Below, one piece after another: positions 55,878 to 64,000 of a DNA stretch of 64,000 nucleotides. The stretch is from Octopus vulgaris (taxonomy: Eukaryota). The stretch is from positions 59,086,001 through 59,150,000 of the forward strand of contig OX597827.1 of NCBI GenBank assembly GCA_951406725.2, in the 5' to 3' direction. Numbering within the stretch: position 1 is the first letter of the stretch; every line of letters starts with the position of its first letter. The notes beneath the pieces were generated by a model. That model did no database searches, was not told where the DNA came from, and saw nothing but the letters and a program-made list of their open reading frames with translations. A program made the position numbers and the translations under genes.

Positions 55878-58028
55878 GATAAGTGGCGTTATATCGGGGT
55901 TGAAAGAATGACGCGTACAATATTATTCTCTACTCTAGGCACAAGGACCGAAATTTTGGGTGGAAGGGGCCAATCGAATTGATCGACCCCAGTACGCAAC
56001 TGGTACTTAATTTATCAACCCCGAAAGGATGAAAGGCAAAGTCATCAGAACATAAAGACAGACGAAATACCTATTTCTTTATTACCCACAAGGGGCTAAA
56101 CACAGGACAGACAAACAAGGACAGATAAACGGATTAAGTCGATTATATCAACCCCAGTAACTGGTACTTATTTAATCGACCCCGAAAGGATGGAAGGCAA
56201 AGTCAACCTCGGCGGAATTTGAACTGATAACGTAGCGGCAGACGAAATACCTATTTCTTTACTACCCACAAGGGGCTAAACACAGAGAGGACAAACAAGG
56301 ACAGACAAACGGATTAAGTCGATTATATCGACCCCAGTGCATAACTGGTACTTATTTAATCGACCCCGGAAGGATGAAAAGCAAAGTCGACCTCGGCGGA
56401 ATTTGAACTCAGAACGTAACGGCAGACGAAATACCGCTAAGCATTTCGCCCGGCGTGCTAGCGTTTCTGCCGGCTCGCCGCCTGATGCCATAAGTACAGA
56501 AATGTTTTGAAATTTTTGTCTGAATCATGTTGTCCGTATTTTTCCGCATATTTAGAAAATAAAAAATTCTTTAAAAAACATTTTACAAAGATTTTTGGAA
56601 ATTTTTTTCAGAATCATAATCTCCGTATTTTTCCGCATATTTTGAGAAAAAAAAATTATGAAAAAAGTTAAAAATTAAAAAATAGGGGTGGGGTGAGGTA
56701 ATTTAGAAATATCGATTTTTGCCAATTATTTTACAGATTCGTATTCTCCGTAGCCGAAAAGGAAGGGGTTGTGTGGAAAAAAAAGTTTTTAAAAAGGGTG
56801 GTTTGGTGGTGGGGGCGGAAGTCTTGCCTGGTCCAGTTGGAGTAAGGCTAGTCTTTATTGTACAGTCTTTGTAGTTGTCACGGGTGGAAGGCTTTTGTTC
56901 GCACGTTTGTTGGATTAGTGAGATCGAATTTCAAATGGTCGAGAAATCAAGACATTGAAAATTTGAATGATTGAAGATGCAAAACGTTTGAACAGCAACA
57001 ATAATAACAACAAAGCCGGGACCTCTGTGTTGTCATACAACCTATGCGAAGTAGCAGCCAGAATCACCCTCATATTATACTGTACTGTTTTATACACAAA
57101 GAACACATTGTTTATATTTTTAAAAAATTGACATGTCAGTCATGGCTGAATTGTCTGTGATCATGGATCAGCTTAGTAAATGGTATCTGAAGCAAAAGCA
57201 ATATAAACAAGGAACTGAGGGAACATTTATGCGATCGCCTGGCTGACTAGGAATAGCAGTTAAATAACCCTCAAACCATACGCTACCGTCCTAGAAAAGG
57301 AAGTACACATTGGATAATGTGGTGCAACACTGCTCCTGTAGGGCCCGCCAGTCAGTCACAACAGTTACTCACTGACAGCTGAGTGGAGTGGAGCAGCGTG
57401 AAATTAAGAGTTTTACTCAAAAATACCAGGAACACAACGCAGTGCCCGGTCCGAAAAGCGAAACCATGACCTTGCGATCGTGAATGAAACACCCTGTTTC
57501 TTTATTACCCACAAGGCGCTAAACAGAGAGGGGACAAACAAGGACAGACATAGGTATTAAGTTGATTACATCGACCCCAGTGTTTTACTGGTACTTAATT
57601 TATCGACCCCGAAAGGATGAAAGGCAAAGTCGACCTCGGCGAAATTTGAACTCAGAACGTAACGGCAGACGGAATACCTATTTCTTTATTACCCACAAGG
57701 GGCTAAACACAGAGGGGACAAACAAGGACAGACATGGGTATTAAGTCGATTACATCGACCCCAGTGTTTTACTGGTACTTAATTTATCGACCCCGAAAGG
57801 ATGAAAGGCAAAGTCGACCTCGGCGGAATTTGAACTCAGAACGTAACGGCACACGGAATACCGCTTAGCATTTCGCCCGGCGTGCTAACGTTTCTGCCAG
57901 CTCGCCGCCTTCTTCGTGAATGAAACATCCCATCTACTAGACCACGCGCTTTCACGTTTACACCTTGGGCTAAACAACCGTAACAGGAGAAATGTGGGCA
58001 GCAAAGATCAATAAGCTAAGTGACTTAC

Positions 58029-58104
58029 GTGAATAGGAACTTGTAGAGACGACAAAAAATGCGGTGAGAATGCTGACCAGTAAAAAGGCTCTTCTCTTCG
58101 CCAT
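58029..58104 (-). CDS. Ferritin gene B, first coding exon: signal peptide MAKRRAFLLVSILTAFFVVSTSSYS
   Basis: ATG at 58104; basic-hydrophobic-polar signal pattern; C|gtaagt phase-1 donor fits the phase-1 helix-A exon; full model 666 nt = 221 aa + stop. Confidence 0.8.
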
Positions 58105-58758
58105 ATCTATCCAATTTGAACGACAATGAGATGAGACAATAGAGCTAAGTGTGTAATTGAGGAGATTAAGTGAGCTGCGTTACTCTCAGGTTGCTGTCAT
58201 AACAAACGGATTCGTTTTGGGACAGAGAGATTGCGTATATGAAAGTATAGTAAGTGACTTTGTTTCTGCATGTATGCTTCTGTGTTTGTCTAGTTGTCAA
58301 CTCTGTATGTATGCGTTTCTGTTTGTGTTTGTGTGTGTGAGAGAGAGAAAAATAGAGAGAGAGAGAGAGAGAGACAGAGACAGAGGCAGTGACAAAGAGA
58401 GGGAGACAGAGAGATAGTTTGTGTGACTATGTGGGTGTATTTGTGTGTGTTTGTCTGTATACGTATATGTGTATGTCTGCGAGTTTGTGAGAGTGCATGT
58501 ATGAGTAATAAATTGGGTAGAGTTTATTGTGAGTGCTTCTATGGTTGTATACGTGTATGTGTGTGTATGACTATAGCTGCATGTGTGCGAGTATAGCTGT
58601 ATGTATATGTCAGTATAGCTGTATGCGTGTGCAGGTATAGCTGTATGTGCGCGAGTATAGTTGTTTATGTGAGTAAAGCTGTATATGTGTGAATGTGTAT
58701 GTATTTGCGGTGAAGATGTGTATGTGTCCGTCAGAGAACAAATGTGTTCAGGAAGTAG

Positions 58759-58795
<37 letters not shown>

Positions 58796-59035
58796 AGGTA
58801 CGTGCGTGTAAGTGAATGTGTATTCAGGCAGTGCAAAAGTGTGCTTATGTATTCATCTAGGTTTTACGTGTGAGATTGTCTGTCTGTATAACCACGTAGT
58901 GTAATGTGTGCATGCACAATTGTGTGGTCAGACAGTAAGAGTACACCTGTGTGTGTGTGTGTGTGTGAGCGTGTATGTTTATGTGTGCGTGCGTATGTAC
59001 GTGAATGAGTGTGTGTGTGTGTGTGTATGTGTGTG

Positions 59036-59072
<37 letters not shown>

Positions 59073-59249
59073 TGTGCATGTGTGTGTCTATGTGTGTACG
59101 ATTCCGTGGTCAATCTGTTTTATGCGAGTGTACTTGTATCAATGCCTATGTGTATGTGTGAATGTATTTATATGAATGAGTGGGATCAATGCAGTTTGTG
59201 TGTGTATAAGTGTGTTTGATAGGGGTGAGAGAAAGAGAGAGGGGGTGAG

Positions 59250-59690
59250 TCAAGAAAGAAAGCGAGAAAGAAAGAACGAAAGGAAGGAAGAATGGAAGAA
59301 ACAAAGAAAGAAAGGAAGGAAGGAAGGAAGGAAGAAAGAAACAAAGAAAGAAAGAAACAAACAAACAAAGAAAGAAAAGAAGGAAGGAAGGAAGGAAGGA
59401 AGAAAGAAAGGAAGGAAAGAAGGAAGGAAAGAAGGAAGGAAGGAAGAAAGGAAGGAAGAAAGAAAGAAAGGAAGGAAGAAAGAAAAGAAGGAAGGAAGGA
59501 AGGAAGGAAGGAAGGAAGAAAGAAAGAAAGAAAGAAAGAAAGGAAGGAAGGAAGAAAGAAGGAAGGAAGAAAGAAAGAAAGAAAGTAAGGAAGAAAGAAA
59601 GATAGAAAGAAAGGAAGAAAGGAAGGAAGGAAGGAAAAAAGAAAGAAAGAAAGAAAGAAAGAAAGGAAGAAAGAAAGAAAGAAAGAAACA
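59250..59690. repeat. (GAAG)n/(GAAA)n purine-rich simple repeat
   Basis: Direct inspection. Confidence 0.9.
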
Positions 59691-59931
59691 GAGAGCGAAG
59701 AATTTTAGAGTAGTGAGTGTGATACTACGTGTTTGTGTGTACGCGCGCGCGTTGGTGTAGGTGTGTGTGTGTTTGGTATGTTATGTGTGTCTCTGTGTTT
59801 GGTGTGTTGTATGTGTGTGTGTGCGTGTTTGCGTTTGGTGTATTGTATGTTTGGTGTGTCGTGTATGTGTGTGTGTGTGTGCGTGTGTGCTTGATGTGCT
59901 GTGTGTGTGATTGTGTCTGTGTGTATGTGTG

Positions 59932-59965
<34 letters not shown>

Positions 59966-60894
59966 GCATGTCTGTGTGTTGTGCGTGTGTTTGGTGTATT
60001 GTGTGTGTGTACGTGTCTGTGTGTATGTATGTGTGTGATTGGCATGTAGAATGTGTGTGTGTGTGTGTGTGTGGCCTCAGTTTATTCCTCACCAAGAGAC
60101 TCTCTATACAGTCAAATCAATACTCTAGAAATAGCTGCCAAATCTCACTCGAAGCACATAATACGGCTATAAGATAATAGAAAACTATCATAGGACGATG
60201 TAGACCAACAAATAATAAATAGAATGAAGTGGGAGCCATGGTAGGAACGCTTTTGTATTTCGTGTTTGCACATTCTTCGATTATCTCTTTTACTCTTTAC
60301 TCTTTTACTTCTTTCAGTCATTTCACTGTGGCCATGCTGGAGCACCGCCTTTAATCGAGCAAATCGACCCCAGGACTTATTCTTTGTAAGCCTAGTACTT
60401 ATTCTATAGGTCTCTTTTGCCGAACCGCTATGTTACGGGGACGTAAACACACCAGCATCGGTTGTCAAGACACACACATACATAAATACATGCATATATA
60501 CGACGGGCTTCTTTCAGTTTCTGTCTACCAAATCCACTCACAAAGCTTTGGTCAGCTCGAGGCTATAGTAGAAGACACTTGCCCAAGATGCCACGCAGTG
60601 GGTATGAACCCGGAACCATGTGGTTGGTAAGCAGGCTACTTCCCACACAGCCATTCCTACGCCTGGAGATAAACAACAAGAACAACAAAAAAAAACAATA
60701 ACATTAACCGAGGGTGTATGTGTTTGTGTGTGTGTGTGGTGTGCGTGTGTTTGGTGTGACAAAAATAAATGCAAAGAAAATTTTTAAAAACTAAAGAAAA
60801 GAAAAAGACCATGGTTTCCTTAGTGTGGGCATTGTCATCGTACATGACAATTAAAGCTGAGCTTGGTATTTAACGGTCATTAGCAACATATATA

Positions 60895-61865
60895 CAGGGT
60901 GCATAAGATATTTGAGGACAGATTTATGTTTATAAAAAAAAAGAAACAGATATATAACAGATAATGACTTTATTTATCAAAAAATTCTATGAGGATAAAA
61001 ATAAACCTTCTTTTCTATAATGTTATTCAATAAAGCCACCTTCAGCTTCAACAAATGTTTCTATATGAAATCTAAATCATCTACATGCTCGAATCAAATG
61101 GTCCTGGTTCATTTTGGACATTACTCTCATTATGGCAACTTTCAAAGAATCTTTGGTCTTATGGGTGTGTTCATTAACCTTTCTCTCAACAATGATCCAC
61201 ATGTAATAGTCCAATGGATTAAGATCTGGGGAATTAGGAAGCCAAATGTTAGGAGTTATGTGATCATGAAAATTTGGAGCCATCGATTCCTGTGTTACTA
61301 GAGCCATATATTATAGTGCAGAGTTTTACTGAAACATATATGGCCTTCCATTGCATACACTTTCTATCCAGGGCTTAACAATTATTTCCAGGACCTCAAT
61401 GTAGGTGGCAGAGTTAGCTCTAAGGCCTTGTGGAAAGAAGTAAGGAGGCATCATATGTCCTTCATATGGCAGTTGTATGCATAACACTTGGAGCTTCAGA
61501 AGGGTCTGCACATTTCTTCTGTTAACATTTTGATCTTGGTTGAAGTTTTTCTCGTTTGAGGAAAACCAAATCAAATCATCTTATGGATTTTTCAGTTTGT
61601 TTAAGAGCTTTTTAGATCTGATGTAATGATTTTCTTTTGCTTTTCTGACAAATTGACCTTTCCTCATCATATAAGACTTACATCTGATGTCTTCGTGAAC
61701 AACATTTCTGACTGTTCCTTCTGACACATGGAGATTTTTTGCAATTGACCTTGTGGGCTTTCTTGGACTGTAATCAACAGTCTGTTGTACTTGCTGGATA
61801 AATTCAGGTGTTCTAATGATTTCAGAGCGTTTAAAATGCTTTTTATGCTTTGATACTGGTGAAAC
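60895..61865 (-). mobile_element. Tc1/mariner-superfamily transposon remnant
   Basis: WFSSNEKNF, MPPYFFPQGLR, RPYMFQ, WLPNSPDLNPLDYYMW; terminus TACAGGGTG; related remnant at ~19300-19600. Confidence 0.8.
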
Positions 61866-62607
61866 CAGAAAGGAGAACGCTAATTCGAAGACTACAGATC
61901 CAATCCATCACTGGAACTGTAAAATCTGTAAAGCTTTCCAGACGCTTATCATTTAAATATATATCAGCATGTCTAGATATGTAACTATGTGCATAAAACA
62001 TACAAAATATACATAAAACATCCAAATCTGAACCTACATAATACATACATACATACATACATACATACATGCATGCATGCATGCATGCATACATACATAC
62101 ATACATACATACATACATGCATGCATACATACATACATACATGCATACATGCATACATACATACATACATACATACATACATACATACATACATACATGC
62201 ATACATACGGACACCAGCCCACATTGCCTAAGATCTAATCTTGAGAAATTAGGCCTCTCACAACCAGAAAAAGAGCAAGCTGATTCGAAGACTACAGATC
62301 CAAACAATTACTAGAACTAAAAACTAGTTAAACTTTCCAAAAGTTTTTCATTTAAGTACATACGCGCATGTCTAGACGTGTACAACAATACACATGAGAA
62401 TACATAGAAAAAACAGAACATACAAATCGGCACGTGCACTGACTCCAAATACTGTACGTACACACACATACATGCAAAAATACGTTGTTGATGTTGTTGA
62501 AATTCCAGTGAAGGAGCCATGGATCTAGGTTAGAAACCAGCTCTTTCTGCATTGGCAAGAAATCTTGAAATAAAACTGAATAGTGACACACAAACACACA
62601 CACCACA

Positions 62608-62687
<80 letters not shown>

Positions 62688-62734
62688 GATATAGATAAGA
62701 AAGTTGGTTTGTGAAAGCACGTGGTTGAATATAT

Positions 62735-63060
62735 AGAAAATAGTAAAAAGTGAAAAAACTACAGAAGGCTTGTTTTAAAAGGTTAAAGAATATATATTTA
62801 AGTCAATATGTCTGAAGAATATTATTAATTTTTTTCTTACAATGACATAATTTAGAAGAAAGACAGTTTCGCGTTTAGCTTTTCAAATTTCTTACGTAAA
62901 CATAACGACGTAAGAAATTTGAAAAGCTAAACGCGAAACCGGTTTTTCTTCTAAATTATGTCATTGTAAGAAAAAAAATTATAATATTCTTCTGACTTAA
63001 ATATATATTCCTTAACCTTTTAAAACAAGCCTTCTGTAGTTTTTTCACTTTTTACTATTT

Positions 63061-63063
<3 letters not shown>
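62735..63063. repeat. Foldback palindrome, ~160-bp arms
   Basis: AGAAAATAGTAAAAAGTGAAAAAACTACAGAAGGC ... GCCTTCTGTAGTTTTTTCACTTTTTACTATTTTCT. Confidence 0.9.
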
Positions 63064-63647
<584 letters not shown>

Positions 63648-63907
63648 GTATGGAGGTGCGTGGCTTAGTGGTTAGGGTGTCAGCATCATGATCGTAAGAT
63701 TGTGGTTTCGATTCCTGGACCGGGCAATGCATTGTGTTCTTGAGTAAAACACTTCATTTCGCGTTGCTCCAGTCCACTCAGCTGGCAAAAATGAGTAATG
63801 CTGCAATGGACTGGCGTCCTGTGCAGCTGGGGAACACATACACCATAGAAACTGGGAAACCGGTAAACCGGGCCCGTGTGCCTGGCTAGGCTTTAAAAGG
63901 GCGCATT

Positions 63908-63971
<64 letters not shown>

Positions 63972-64000
63972 GCAGCTTACTACGAACCTTCGACGTCACC

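Noticed and set aside
59176-59760. 194-aa Lys/Glu/Arg-rich ORF
   Set aside because: Translation of (GAAG/GAAA)n simple repeat

Overview
AT-rich, intron-rich animal genomic DNA saturated with microsatellites and tRNA-derived SINEs. The repeat make-up suggests an octopus or other coleoid cephalopod (inference). Nearly all ORF-track entries are microsatellite or transposon noise. Reading splice sites by hand gives two spliced ferritin genes arranged tail-to-tail. Gene A is on + (coding exons ~6229-34434; its 5' end is probably outside the window). Gene B is on - (58104-40199, complete 221-aa model with an N-terminal signal-peptide exon). Both keep all seven ferroxidase ligands, have an altered 3-fold channel, and carry a Cys-rich insertion in the B-C loop like molluscan yolk-type ferritin. 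That insertion is built entirely from symmetric phase-0 microexons: 2 in gene B (36, 45 nt) and 6 in gene A (36, 18, 33, 33, 33, 36 nt). The gene A set arose by recent segmental duplication, and its exons have diverged faster than the flanking introns while keeping the Cys codon. Gene A introns also hold an 11-copy array of a SINE-head plus ~60-nt hairpin separated by (GT)n spacers, and an intact-looking Penelope-type hammerhead ribozyme. The rest is degraded Tc1/mariner, Chapaev3-like, Helitron, Penelope, RTE, CR1-like and R4/Dong-like elements, MITEs and foldbacks. All gene models are manual predictions without transcript evidence.
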